Assembly (NCBI GenBank): GCA_963821525.1
Contig: CAWGED010000019.1
Span: forward strand, 896,001 to 960,000
DNA: 64,000 nucleotides
Source of the DNA: an uncultured Gemmatimonadales bacterium
GTDB taxonomy: Bacteria > Gemmatimonadota > Gemmatimonadetes > Gemmatimonadales > GWC2-71-9
Direction of reading: 5' to 3'
Shown here: piece after piece, positions 33,584 through 43,384 of the stretch
Layout: each line of letters opens with the position of its first letter
How positions within the stretch are numbered: the first letter of the stretch is position 1
Program-made: the position numbers and the translations under genes
Notes under the pieces: generated by a model
Databases searched by the model: none
Told to the model about the DNA's origin: nothing
What the model saw: only the letters and a program-made list of their open reading frames with translations

Positions 33584-34260
33584 TCGTCTACTACAGCAGA
33601 GAATAGAAGCAGAGAGACCGTGATAAATGCCACATCGTAGAGTACCAGCAACCTAAGCCCTCCCGCCACCTCGCTCAACGCACGGCCCGTCAGAAGCCGC
33701 ATCGTAATCTGCACTGCAAAGATGAGAGGCGGCACCATGAAGGGGAGGAGCAGAACCGGCAGCATCAGCTCGGCAAAGCGGGTTCGCACTACGATTGCGC
33801 TGAAGAGAGTTCCCACCGAAACCAGTCCTGCCGTGGCCAGAAGAAGGGTGACCACCAGCCCCGGCAGCGCCTGACTCAGATCGACGTTGAAAAAAAGCAC
33901 GAACAAGGGCAGCGCGATGACCTCGACCAGGAGCACGAAGGTCAGGTTCGCCAGGTACTTCCCCAGGAACAGCACCTCCCGGGAGACGGGGGCCAAAAGC
34001 AAGCCGTCAAAGGCGTGATTCTCCCGCTCGACGGCAAACCCGCGGTTCATCGCCACCACCGCGGCAAACGCCACCGTCACCCAGAGGATGCCCGGCGCGA
34101 GATCGATCGTAGCCACTGCGGTCGGGTCGCGCGCGAAGTTGAACACGACGAGCAGCAGAGCCGCGAACATCGCCGCCGAGAGGAAACTGGTGCGGCTCCG
34201 CAATTCGGCACGGAGATCCTTGGCCGCAATCGCCAGTGCGAGCCGCAGGCTCTCAACCAC
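33580..34260 (-). CDS. ccmB: Heme exporter CcmB
   Basis: KDLRAELR, PGILWV, F..ERE..DGLLL, LGK, LPVLLLP. Confidence 0.92.
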   Translation of the reverse strand: MVESLRLALAIAAKDLRAELRSRTSFLSAAMFAALLLVVFNFARDPTAVATIDLAPGILWVTVAFAAVVAMNRGFAVERENHAFDGLLLAPVSREVLFLGKYLANLTFVLLVEVIALPLFVLFFNVDLSQALPGLVVTLLLATAGLVSVGTLFSAIVVRTRFAELMLPVLLLPFMVPPLIFAVQITMRLLTGRALSEVAGGLRLLVLYDVAFITVSLLLFSAVVDE

Positions 34261-34969
34261 GCGCGAGCTCCTGGTAACGGGTCACGAACTGTTCGAGCGA
34301 CGCGCCTCGCGGTTCCTGCAGGGCCCACTGGCCAGCTCGAAGGACACCTACTCGAGTCGCCAGATCCCAGGCTTCGTCCGGATGATGGGTGACGAGAACG
34401 ACGGCCCGACCGCCGAGACACCGCTCGCGCAGGAGGGTACGAAGAAGCTGCGCCGAGCCCGTATCGAGTCCGGTGAAGGGCTCGTCGAGTAGCAGCACGG
34501 CAGGATCATGGATCAGAGCGCGCGCGATGGCCACCCGCTGCTCCAGCCCGCGGCTCAGGTCCCGGGGCAGGTCCCGGAGTCGCTCAGCCAGACCGAATCC
34601 CGCGAGCGCCTCGCGGGCCTTGTGCTCCGGCTGGGCCAGACCATACAGCCGCGCGGCAAAAGTGAGATTTTCGAGAAGCGTGAGGTCGTCGTAAAGCAGC
34701 GAGTGGTGGGAGAGAAACCCGATGGGACGGCGGCTCTCGGGTTCGCTCGCACGAAGCCTTTGGCCGGCGATCCGCACCTCGCCGGCGCTCGGCTTGATGA
34801 GCCCGGCCAGCAGACGGAGCAAAGTTGTCTTCCCCGCCCCGTTGGGACCCAGCACCATCAACACCTCGCCGGCGCCGAGAGTGAGGTGGACGCCGGAAAC
34901 GGCGCGAACGGGCCCGTAGGCGCGCTCCAGACCGACCGCCTCGAGCGCCGGCCGGTCAGCGGAGAGCAT
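34253..34969 (-). CDS. ccmA: Heme exporter ATPase CcmA
   Basis: GPNGAGKTT, LT..ENL, LSRG, LLDEPFTGLD; upstream of ccmB. Confidence 0.9.
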   Translation of the reverse strand: MLSADRPALEAVGLERAYGPVRAVSGVHLTLGAGEVLMVLGPNGAGKTTLLRLLAGLIKPSAGEVRIAGQRLRASEPESRRPIGFLSHHSLLYDDLTLLENLTFAARLYGLAQPEHKAREALAGFGLAERLRDLPRDLSRGLEQRVAIARALIHDPAVLLLDEPFTGLDTGSAQLLRTLLRERCLGGRAVVLVTHHPDEAWDLATRVGVLRAGQWALQEPRGASLEQFVTRYQELARG

Positions 34970-35324
34970 CGATCCGGTCGCCGAGCTCGGATAGATCGAA
35001 GGGCTTTACCAGATATCCGCTGTGCGGCAGGTCCAGCACTTTGAGCTGGGGTTTGAGGCTGACGTAGGCGGAAGTGATAATGACGGGAAGGGCCGGCTGG
35101 ATTTCCCGAAGACGGCGGATGAGCTCGATGCCGTCGGTGTCGGGAAGCCGCATATCGAGTACGGCAACGTCAGGCGGCTGCTCCTGGGCCAACCGAATCG
35201 CTTCGGCACCGGTTGCCGCAAACGAAGCGGCGTACCGGGCGGCAAAGTACCGCTCGTAGCTCAGGCGAATAGCCGGCTCGTCCTCGACAAAGAGAACCCG
35301 CCGGCGCGCGGGGGGGTGAGCCAT
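34956..35324 (-). CDS. Single-domain response regulator (REC)
   Basis: VEDE, LDMRLPDTDG, ITSAY, KPF; TATATT 7 nt before ATG 35324. Confidence 0.9.
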   Translation of the reverse strand: MAHPPARRRVLFVEDEPAIRLSYERYFAARYAASFAATGAEAIRLAQEQPPDVAVLDMRLPDTDGIELIRRLREIQPALPVIITSAYVSLKPQLKVLDLPHSGYLVKPFDLSELGDRIDALR

Positions 35325-35341
35325 CCCCCCCAATATAGCCC

Positions 35342-35653
35342 TTAGACCGCGGCCTCCAGCTGGAACAGGTCATCCAGTTTGGTGAGTACCAGCAGGAATC
35401 GAAGTTCGTCGTTCGCATTCCTGAGCACCACCACTTGGCGCCGCTCCGAAGCCCGGCGCTGCACCAGCATGAGCGCTCCGAGACCCGCCGAATCCACCTG
35501 CCGGGTACCGCTCAGGTCGATGATCAGGCGACCGGTACGCTCGGGCAGCTGCTCGAGCAGGGTCACCGCCGCCTGGCGGAACTCGGTGCGGGACTCCAGA
35601 CCGAGATGCTCGGGTGCTGCCAACTCCAGGGACGTCGTTTGCGTGGTGAACAT
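35342..35653 (-). CDS. STAS domain / anti-sigma factor antagonist
   Basis: IIDLSGTRQVDSAGLGAL, LTKLDDLF; GGGAGG SD. Confidence 0.92.
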   Translation of the reverse strand: MFTTQTTSLELAAPEHLGLESRTEFRQAAVTLLEQLPERTGRLIIDLSGTRQVDSAGLGALMLVQRRASERRQVVVLRNANDELRFLLVLTKLDDLFQLEAAV

Positions 35654-35737
35654 CGTGTCCTCCCACGCCCGAATACACAGAAGCGCGATCGTTCGCCGCC
35701 TGCTACTTCCGCGGGACGCTCGCGCTTTCGCGCTGCA

Positions 35738-35834
35738 CCCGCCTTCGGCACCGAGCTATCTCCTGCGCCACTCGCGCATGAGACCTCTAGTTTTGCGGCC
35801 CCGGATCACTCCGGGTGTGCTATTATCGGGCGAG
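35738..35834 (-). ncRNA. GEMM-I (c-di-GMP-I family) riboswitch, A20 variant
   Basis: CTCGCCCGATAATAGCACACCCGGA-GTGA-TCCGGGGCCGCAAAACTAGAGGTCTC...GAGATAGCTCGGTGCCGAAGGCGGG: P1, P2 with GYRA loop, CGCAAA junction, P3 and 3' TGCCGA. Confidence 0.88.
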
Positions 35835-35876
35835 TCAATTGTTTTGGAACCCTTGTGGGTTCCGGCCATAACAATT

Positions 35877-35893
35877 GGCTAGTCCAGTGCCAA
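35877..35893 (-). promoter_or_regulatory. Sigma54 (-24/-12) promoter
   Basis: TTGGCACTGGACTAGCC with exact GG-N10-GC spacing; AT-rich IHF-like tract upstream (35900-35930). Confidence 0.7.
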
Positions 35894-36074
35894 ACTACCT
35901 TAAGTTGTTATAATATAGCCACTTACAGATTTGCATTCGGTGCAGATTCGGCCTGTTTTGCCTAGCACTACGCAGCAGTTCAGGGAGCTTTGCTAGCCAC
36001 CAAAATACCCCGGTTCCTGCTCCCCTGCGGCCCATTGTTCCTTACCTTTCCCTTTCCTTCAGCCCGCCCGTCTC

Positions 36075-38030
36075 ATGACCGACCAGATCGACACCCTGCT
36101 CTCCGAAACCCGGCGTTTCCCGCCGCCTGCGGAGTTCGCCAAGGCCGCGGCAGCGAAGAGCGAAATCTACGGAGCAGCCCAGCGCGATCGCCTGCGGTTC
36201 TGGGAAGACCAGGCCCGCGCGCTGGAATGGATCAAGCCCTGGAAGACGGTGCTCGAGTGGACACTGCCCCACGCGAAGTGGTTTGTGGGCGGGCAGCTCA
36301 ATGTGTCCAGCAACTGCCTGGACCGCCACCTGTCGGGACCCCGGCGTAACAAGGCAGCGATCATCTGGGAGGGCGAGCCGGGAGACCGGCGCGTACTGAC
36401 CTACTGGGAGCTGCACCGGGAGGTGAATCGCTGCGCCAATGCGCTCAAGGCACTGGGAGTCAAACGGGGAGACCGGGTGGCGATCTACCTGCCGATGATC
36501 CCCGAAGCTGCAATCGCGATGCTGGCCTGCTCCCGGATCGGCGCGGTGCATTCGGTGGTCTTCGGCGGCTTTTCCTCCGAATCCTTGCGCGACCGGATCA
36601 ACGATGCCCAGGCGGTTGCGCTCATCACGGCAGACGGCGGTTATCGCCGCGGGAGCATGCTGCCCCTCAAACGCTTCGCCGACGAGGCGATCGCCGAGTG
36701 TCCCTCGATTCGCCATGTGGTGGTAGTCAAGCGCCAAGGCGCCGCTTCGGGGGACGAGTCGTTCGCCGAAATGAAGGAAGGCCGGGACCACTGGTGGCAT
36801 CGCCTGCTCGACCAGGCGGAGCCGCGCTGTCCCCCGGAAGCAATGGAGGCGGAGGATCTGTTGTTCATCCTCTATACCTCGGGGACGACCGGGAAGCCCA
36901 AGGGCATTGTGCACACGACCGGCGGCTATCTCACCCAGGCCGCCGCGACGACACGGTACGTCTTCGACCTGCGGGAAGACGACGTCTTCTGGTGCACCGC
37001 CGACATCGGGTGGGTGACCGGCCATTCCTACGTGGTTTACGGACCACTGGCCAATGGTGCCACCGTCGTGATGTACGAAGGCGCCCCCGATTGGCCGGAA
37101 CGAGACCGCTTCTGGAAGATTTGCGCCCGCCATGGAGTGACGGTGTTCTACACGGCGCCCACCGCCATCCGCGCCTTCATGAAGTGGGGTGAGTCCCACC
37201 CGGCGAAGCACGACCTCTCCATGCTTCGACTGCTGGGAACCGTCGGCGAACCGATCAATCCCGAGGCCTGGATCTGGTACCACAAGAACATCGGCGGAGA
37301 ACGCTGCCCGATCGTCGATACGTGGTGGCAGACTGAGACCGGCGGCATCATGATCACCCCGCTTCCCGGGATCACGACCACAAAGCCAGGTTCGGCGACC
37401 ATCCCCTTCCCCGGCATCAGCGCCGAGCTGGTGGATCAGACCGGCAAACCTCTCGCGAAGGGCGGCGGACTGCTCACACTGACTGAGCCGTGGCCCGGAA
37501 TGCTCCGCACCATCTACGGAGACGACGAGCGCTATCAGCAGGTCTACTGGAGTAAGTTCCCCGGAAGGTACTTCGCGGGCGACGGCGCGAAGCTGGACGA
37601 AGACGGGTACTGGTGGCTCCTGGGGCGGGTGGATGACGTCCTCAATGTGGCGGGTCACCGGATCGGGACGATGGAGGTGGAGAGCGCACTGGTTGACCAC
37701 CCGGCTGTAGCCGAAGCGGCCGTCGTCGGCAAGGCGCACGAACTCAAGGGTCAGGCACTGGCGGCCTTCGTCACACTCAAGGAAGGGCACAAGGCAACCA
37801 GCAGTCTCAAGGATGATCTGAAGGATCACGTGGTGAAGAAGATCGGGGCGATCGCGAGACCGGACGACGTGCTCTTTTCAGCCGATCTGCCCAAGACCCG
37901 CAGCGGAAAAATCATGCGCCGGCTGCTCAAGGACATCGCCGAAGGACGAGCCCTGGGAGACACCACGACCCTGGCTGATCCTGCGGTGGTCAACCGTCTC
38001 AGGGATCAGTACGAGGCGGAGGAGTCGTAG
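36075..38030 (+). CDS. acs: Acetyl-CoA synthetase
   Basis: [52 protein letters not shown]. Confidence 0.97.
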   Translation: MTDQIDTLLSETRRFPPPAEFAKAAAAKSEIYGAAQRDRLRFWEDQARALEWIKPWKTVLEWTLPHAKWFVGGQLNVSSNCLDRHLSGPRRNKAAIIWEGEPGDRRVLTYWELHREVNRCANALKALGVKRGDRVAIYLPMIPEAAIAMLACSRIGAVHSVVFGGFSSESLRDRINDAQAVALITADGGYRRGSMLPLKRFADEAIAECPSIRHVVVVKRQGAASGDESFAEMKEGRDHWWHRLLDQAEPRCPPEAMEAEDLLFILYTSGTTGKPKGIVHTTGGYLTQAAATTRYVFDLREDDVFWCTADIGWVTGHSYVVYGPLANGATVVMYEGAPDWPERDRFWKICARHGVTVFYTAPTAIRAFMKWGESHPAKHDLSMLRLLGTVGEPINPEAWIWYHKNIGGERCPIVDTWWQTETGGIMITPLPGITTTKPGSATIPFPGISAELVDQTGKPLAKGGGLLTLTEPWPGMLRTIYGDDERYQQVYWSKFPGRYFAGDGAKLDEDGYWWLLGRVDDVLNVAGHRIGTMEVESALVDHPAVAEAAVVGKAHELKGQALAAFVTLKEGHKATSSLKDDLKDHVVKKIGAIARPDDVLFSADLPKTRSGKIMRRLLKDIAEGRALGDTTTLADPAVVNRLRDQYEAEES

Positions 38031-38091
38031 GGGCGGAACGTCAGAGCGGAACATCAACCAGAAAAGCATATCAATAAGCGAGGGGCTACTT

Positions 38092-38541
38092 ATGCGATTC
38101 ACTCGACTAGCAATTCTCCTGGCGGTCTCGGCCATCACGGTTTCCGCGGTTTCTGCGGTTCCCGCCTCTCCCGCCCTGCCCGAAATGACGGTTTACAAGA
38201 CCCCGACATGCAGATGCTGTTCCAAATGGGTTGACCACGTGAAGGCGGCGGGCTTCACGGTCAAGACGGTTGATCAGCCTGATCTCTCGGAGCTGAGAGC
38301 AGACGTCGGAGTGACCAAGGCGCTCTCCTCCTGCCACACGGCGCTGGTCGGTGGATATGTGATCGAGGGTCACGTCCCCGCGGCGGACATCCAGCGGTTG
38401 CTCGAGGAGAAGCCGAAGATCGTCGGGCTTGCGGCTCCCGGCATGCCCGGCGCGGGACCAGGCATGGATACCAATAAGAATCCCTACGATGTGCTGGCGT
38501 TCGACGCGAGCGGGAAGACCACGGTGTGGGCGCATCATTAG
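38092..38541 (+). CDS. DUF411/CopG-family periplasmic metal-binding protein
   Basis: YKTPTCRCCSKW, SCHTA, IEGHVP, PGMP. Confidence 0.92.
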   Translation: MRFTRLAILLAVSAITVSAVSAVPASPALPEMTVYKTPTCRCCSKWVDHVKAAGFTVKTVDQPDLSELRADVGVTKALSSCHTALVGGYVIEGHVPAADIQRLLEEKPKIVGLAAPGMPGAGPGMDTNKNPYDVLAFDASGKTTVWAHH

Positions 38542-38546
38542 GGCTG

Positions 38547-38708
38547 GCTGTTAGCTGTTAGCTGTTAGCTCTTGGCGATTAGGCTGTGAACCGTAAGCCC
38601 GAAGCCCACAAGCTGTAGACTCGAACGGCCCTACAGGAATGAGGGCCGTTTCTTGGCTTATGGCTAATCGCTAATAGCTAACCGCTCACCGCTCACCGCT
38701 CACCGCTA
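38547..38708. repeat. GCTGTTA array, central hairpin, inverted GCTAATA/GCTCACC array
   Basis: gctgttagctgttagctgttagc ... aacggccct/agggccgtt hairpin ... gctaatcgctaatagctaaccgctcaccgctcaccgctcaccgcta. Confidence 0.8.
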
Positions 38709-40634
38709 GAACTGAATCTGCGCCCCCATTTCTACTACGCGGTTGGGCGGTAAGCCGAAGAAGGCGGTTGCGGTCTGCGCATTCCGGCTCATCAGGACGA
38801 AAAGGCGTTTTCGCCACATGGCCATCCGCTTGCGCGGTGGGGCCCCGTCCTCTGCCGTGGTGGCACGCGGCGCTACCGGGATCAACGACTCCCGTCCAAG
38901 GTAAAACGTCGTTTCCAGCGGACGGACCGTAACCCCACGCGACTGAATCAGCCGCAGTGCCGCCGGCACATCCGGTGACTCCATGAAGCCATAGTGGGCC
39001 CGCAGCGCGTAGAACTTCTGGCCCAGGTCGGTGAACTCGAGCCGCTCTTCCTCCGGGACCTGAGGAATCTCCTCGGTCGTGACCGAGAGCAGGATGACCT
39101 GCTGATGCAGCACCTTGTTGTGTTTGACATGGTGCAGCAGCACCGGCGGAGCTCCACCGGCGTTCGAGGTCATGAACACCGCGGTGCCCGGGACCCGGGT
39201 CGGAATCCGTTTCGCGACGTCCCCCAAAAACAGATCCATGGGGAGCGAAATCTCCTCCATGATCTCGTTGAGTCGCTGCCGGCCCTGCTTCCAGGTGCTC
39301 ATCAAGGTGTAGATCACCAAGGCGAGAACCAGGGGGAACCAGCCACCCTGCTCCACCTTGATCAGGTTCGCCGATAGAAAGGCGAGGTCCACCACCAGGA
39401 ACAACGCGGTGAGCGCCCCGCTTTGCAGCCGGCTCCAACCCCACCGTTCCCGCGTCACCACGTAGAACAGGAGGGTCGTGATCGTCATCGTCCCGGTCAC
39501 CGCAATGCCGTAGGCCGAGGCCAGATGGGACGAGGTCTTGAAGCTCGCCACCAGCGCGATGCAGGCGACCATCAGCCACCAGTTCACCTCCGGGATGTAG
39601 ATCTGGCCCCGCTCGGTATACGAGGTGTGTTTGATGGTGACTCTGGGACAGTAGCCCAGTTGAGCCGCCTGCTGGGTCAGTGAAAAGGCACCCGAGATGA
39701 GGGCCTGGCTGGCGACGATCGCGGCGGCGGTGGCCACTACCACCATCGGGTAGAGAACGCTGCGGGGCACCAGGCCGTAGAACGGGTTGCTAGCGGCTTC
39801 CGGCTGGGTCAGCAGCAGCGCCCCCTGCCCGAAGTAGTTGATCATCAGGGCCGGCAGGACGAGGCTGAACCAGGCAACCCGGATCGGGCGCTTTCCGAAA
39901 TGCCCCATGTCGGCATAAAGCGCTTCGCCGCCGGTCACGACCAGCACGACCGATCCCAGGATGAGAAATCCCTGGACCCCGTCGCGCAGGAAAAACTCCA
40001 CCGCGTACCACGGATTCATCGCTCGCAGCACCGATGGATAGCGCGCAATCCCTCCCAGCCCGAGCAGCGTGATCGAGATAAACCACACGATCATGATAGG
40101 CCCGAAGACCCGTCCCACCCGCGCCGAACCGTGACCCTGAAACATGAACAACACGACGAGGATGCCAATCGTGATGACCCAAACCAGGTGATCCAATGAC
40201 GAGGTGGCGACCTTGAGTCCTTCAACCGCGCCCAGCACCGAAATGGCGGGTGTGATCACTCCATCGCCATACAGCAGCGCAGCACCGATCAGGCCCAGCG
40301 TGACAAGCACCCACCGGCTGTGGCCTTCCTGGCGAGGCCGGATGAGGGCCAGAAGGGCCACAATTCCGCCTTCGCCGCGGTTGTCGGCCTTCATGACGCA
40401 GAGGATGTACTTGAAGGAGACGATGAAATTGAGAGACCAGAAGATCAGCGAGAGGACGCCGAAGACGTTGTCGTTGGTCAGGGGAATGCTATGGGCCCCC
40501 GTGAAACACTCCTTGAGGGCGTACAGCGGGCTGGTGCCGATGTCGCCGTAGACAACCCCAAGAGCGGCCAGGGAGAGCGCGGCAAGCGCCCGTCCGCGTG
40601 CCGGCGTGCCGCCTGGCGCGGCGCCGTGGCTCAC
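38706..40634 (-). CDS. kup: KUP/HAK/KT potassium transporter
   Basis: GVVYGDIGTSPLY, DNRGEGG, TPAISVL, GEALYADMGHFG, GQIYIP; the GTG start overlaps the vkor TGA. Confidence 0.96.
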   Translation of the reverse strand: MSHGAAPGGTPARGRALAALSLAALGVVYGDIGTSPLYALKECFTGAHSIPLTNDNVFGVLSLIFWSLNFIVSFKYILCVMKADNRGEGGIVALLALIRPRQEGHSRWVLVTLGLIGAALLYGDGVITPAISVLGAVEGLKVATSSLDHLVWVITIGILVVLFMFQGHGSARVGRVFGPIMIVWFISITLLGLGGIARYPSVLRAMNPWYAVEFFLRDGVQGFLILGSVVLVVTGGEALYADMGHFGKRPIRVAWFSLVLPALMINYFGQGALLLTQPEAASNPFYGLVPRSVLYPMVVVATAAAIVASQALISGAFSLTQQAAQLGYCPRVTIKHTSYTERGQIYIPEVNWWLMVACIALVASFKTSSHLASAYGIAVTGTMTITTLLFYVVTRERWGWSRLQSGALTALFLVVDLAFLSANLIKVEQGGWFPLVLALVIYTLMSTWKQGRQRLNEIMEEISLPMDLFLGDVAKRIPTRVPGTAVFMTSNAGGAPPVLLHHVKHNKVLHQQVILLSVTTEEIPQVPEEERLEFTDLGQKFYALRAHYGFMESPDVPAALRLIQSRGVTVRPLETTFYLGRESLIPVAPRATTAEDGAPPRKRMAMWRKRLFVLMSRNAQTATAFFGLPPNRVVEMGAQIQF

Positions 40635-41068
40635 TGCGACAGCGAACCAGGTGGTGCGGCCCTGCGGCGCCAGTCGAGCAGGGCCACTATGAAGATCAGC
40701 GTGATGATGACGGCCGAGCCCACGCACCAGCGGCAGATGGCCTTGATGACGAACAGCTCGAGGTAGGTCAGATAGATCGTGAAGGCCAGCCCTACCCCGG
40801 ACAGGATTGGCAGGAGGCGAGAGCTGATCCCGGCCACTGGTCGCCGCAGCATGTCCATGCTCAGGACCAGGAGGACGAGATACCCTATCACTCCGTAGAG
40901 CGCCACTTCCAAACCGAGAAAGCGGCTGAACGGACTGGTCTGAACGGTTTCACATCCTCCGGTCCCGCAGGCGAGCGTGCCGATCCGGCCGATCTTGTAC
41001 AGATACAGGTAAAGCGACACGAAGAAGCCAGCCAGGCTCAGCAGGGCCGCGGCCATTCGGTACTTCAT
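40631..41068 (-). CDS. Vitamin K epoxide reductase family protein (DsbB alternative)
   Basis: ACGTGGCETVQTS and CRWC. Confidence 0.92.
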   Translation of the reverse strand: MKYRMAAALLSLAGFFVSLYLYLYKIGRIGTLACGTGGCETVQTSPFSRFLGLEVALYGVIGYLVLLVLSMDMLRRPVAGISSRLLPILSGVGLAFTIYLTYLELFVIKAICRWCVGSAVIITLIFIVALLDWRRRAAPPGSLSQ

Positions 41069-41751
41069 GGCTTCGCCGCGGGCGCCGGGCTCAAGGAGTC
41101 TACCAGCTTCTTGATTTCGTCATACGCCATCCGTCCTGGATAGAGCCGGCCGCCGATCAGGAAGGTAGGCGTCGACGTCACGCCTACCGCGACACCTTCA
41201 CGCGAGCTGGCTTCGATCCTCCCGGCATACTTCTTCGCCTCCATACAGGCATCGTACTTCGCCACATCGAGGCCGACCGCTTTGGCATAATCCCGGAAGA
41301 TTCCGTTAGGGTCGCTCTTGGTAGTCCAATCCGGGGTCCAGGAATAGATCCGGTGGTGCTGCTCCCAGTACTTCCCCTGCTCGTCCGCACACGCCGCGGA
41401 ATGGGCGGCGACCCGGGTGTGCCGGTGAATCTGGTCCAGCGGAAAATCCCGATAACGCCAGCGCACCCGGCCGGTCTGAATGAGGCGTTCCTCGACCGAA
41501 GGCATCTGCACCGTCTCGAAGTCCTGGCAGGCTGGACACTGATAGTCGGCGTATTCGGTGATCTCGATCGGCGCCGAATCCGAGCCCAGGAAGTAGCCGC
41601 GAAACCCGGCCGTGTCGGCCGGGAGGACCTGTACGTTGGCGGGGATGCTGATCGTCGGCCGCCGTACCACCAGGTAGCCGATCACCGCCAGACCCGCCAC
41701 CCCAAGAACTCCCAGGATAGTGTAGAAGCGCTTCATTTCGCCCGCCGCCAT
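41065..41751 (-). CDS. DsbA/BdbD-like thioredoxin-fold protein
   Basis: EYADYQCPAC, YRDFPL, GVTSTPTF; N-terminal anchor. Confidence 0.92.
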   Translation of the reverse strand: MAAGEMKRFYTILGVLGVAGLAVIGYLVVRRPTISIPANVQVLPADTAGFRGYFLGSDSAPIEITEYADYQCPACQDFETVQMPSVEERLIQTGRVRWRYRDFPLDQIHRHTRVAAHSAACADEQGKYWEQHHRIYSWTPDWTTKSDPNGIFRDYAKAVGLDVAKYDACMEAKKYAGRIEASSREGVAVGVTSTPTFLIGGRLYPGRMAYDEIKKLVDSLSPAPAAKP

Positions 41752-42029
41752 GGTTGGTCGTCCTCCGGCTCGTCGAATGGGTTGCCGCCCCGTGCAGCCT
41801 CGTCCACGATCCGCCGGCTTTCGGCGATTTCGGGCGTGTCGTAGGTACTTCGCACTTCATAATGAAACAATTCGCTGCGAACGTCTCCCAGCCGCTTCAA
41901 TAACTCCGGTACAGCATCGAGCAGCTGATCGGAGCTATCGAGCTCTGCTATTCGGGCAGCGAGGGCCCGCAGCAATTCCAACAGCTGCTTGCGACGGGCG
42001 TCGCCGTACACCTCATCATGCTCTGGCAT
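41733..42029 (-). CDS. Hypothetical helical protein
   Basis: ATG 42029 preceded by TAGATT; overlaps the dsbA start. Confidence 0.65.
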   Translation of the reverse strand: MPEHDEVYGDARRKQLLELLRALAARIAELDSSDQLLDAVPELLKRLGDVRSELFHYEVRSTYDTPEIAESRRIVDEAARGGNPFDEPEDDQPWRRAK

Positions 42030-42145
42030 GGCGAAGAATCTACAATGGCCGGTGGAACCAAGGGAGGAACCGGGAGTTTGCTCCACCGAGTCAGTCAAGT
42101 TATATTCCCGTCGCACTTTAAGGCACCCAAAGGAGAGCACTTAGA

Positions 42146-42427
42146 ATGGCGAAGAGTAAGTCCGCACGGCGGACCCCGGCCGCTCCCCGACCTTTCGAGC
42201 AAGCCCGGGATGAGTTGTTCAGTCATATCCTGCGTTGTGGAGTCCTGGAAGCTCTGCCGGAACATCAGAAGGAATGGTTCGACGATACCATGCAATACCT
42301 CGGTGAGCGCTACAACGATCTCACCGCGGAGGAGCTGGCCCAGGTTCGCACGCTCGGAGAGCGTTACGTCCAGCCGGTGATGGGACGCGGCACGCCCAAC
42401 GTTGAAGAGGAAGCCGCAGTCGAGTAG
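42146..42427 (+). CDS. Hypothetical protein
   Basis: AAGGAG SD, upstream TATATT; protein-like 93-aa ORF. Confidence 0.75.
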   Translation: MAKSKSARRTPAAPRPFEQARDELFSHILRCGVLEALPEHQKEWFDDTMQYLGERYNDLTAEELAQVRTLGERYVQPVMGRGTPNVEEEAAVE

Positions 42428-42483
42428 GAAACCACGAGCTATCAGTTTCGTGAGCCGCCCGCCCAGGGCGGCTCGATTGTTTT

Positions 42484-42945
42484 TCAGGGCAAGCGTCGCC
42501 AGCGGTATCCCGCGGCGATCCGGAAACCACCTCCAATCCCCGCCTCGAGGGCCCAACCGCTGCGCGCGCCGGGGCTCGATTCCACGCCGAGGCCGAGGAC
42601 CATGTAGCCCTGCGTGTCGCCGGTGGACTCAACGTCGGCGACTGCGGCGCCACCGAGCGCGTAGAATCCGACGCCATGAGTCGCTCGCGGGCTCAGCAGA
42701 AAGTGCCCGAGCAGCTCGCCGCGAAAGGCCACGTCTCCATCTGCCGTGCCTGCCGCGAGTGTAAGCGCCAGTCGTGCGCGTTCACCGGACCGAACCGCCG
42801 CGTAGCCCCCACCCGCGACCAGATCGGGCGTGGCGAAGGTCGCCACCGCGTGCAGTCCGTATTCCACCGGATGCTGAGCCGCGAGCGGACGCCCCGGCAG
42901 CGCGGCCCACAGCCCGGCCACGACGACCGTCGCGGTCCGGTTCAC
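42484..42945 (-). CDS. Small exported protein, possibly beta-barrel
   Basis: Signal peptide, alternating strands, C-terminal AAGYRW. Confidence 0.6.
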   Translation of the reverse strand: MNRTATVVVAGLWAALPGRPLAAQHPVEYGLHAVATFATPDLVAGGGYAAVRSGERARLALTLAAGTADGDVAFRGELLGHFLLSPRATHGVGFYALGGAAVADVESTGDTQGYMVLGLGVESSPGARSGWALEAGIGGGFRIAAGYRWRRLP

Positions 42946-42948
42946 CGC

Positions 42949-43356
42949 TTACCCGAGGACGAGATCGTAGGTGATCGGGATATCGGGGGCGAGACTGTGC
43001 ACCACGGAGCAGTACTTCTCGATCGAAAGGTCGATGGCGCGCCTCGCTTTCGTCTCATCCAGGCGCTCACCGCTCAGGTGATAGGTCAGGTGCAGGTTGA
43101 GGTAGCGCCGAGGCTCCTCATCACGACGAGTGCCGGAAACGTCGATCTGAAGCCGGATCAAGCTGACTCGCATCTTCTCCAAAATTGTGACGATGTCGGC
43201 GCCGGTGCAGGAGCCCGCCGCCAGCAGCAACAGGGCCATGGGGCTCGGGGCGGTGCGGCTGTCCGCGTCCATGTGGATCGGAGGCGCGGTTCCGCTGCTT
43301 CCGTCGAACTCCATTCCCCGCTGCCAAGTCAGGCTCGCTTTGGTCTCTGTGGGCAT
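42949..43356 (-). CDS. OsmC-family protein
   Basis: PSPMALLL..GSCTGADI, EKYCSV. Confidence 0.9.
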   Translation of the reverse strand: MPTETKASLTWQRGMEFDGSSGTAPPIHMDADSRTAPSPMALLLLAAGSCTGADIVTILEKMRVSLIRLQIDVSGTRRDEEPRRYLNLHLTYHLSGERLDETKARRAIDLSIEKYCSVVHSLAPDIPITYDLVLG

Positions 43357-43384
43357 GGTGAGCAGTAGTTGAGATTGAGAAGGT

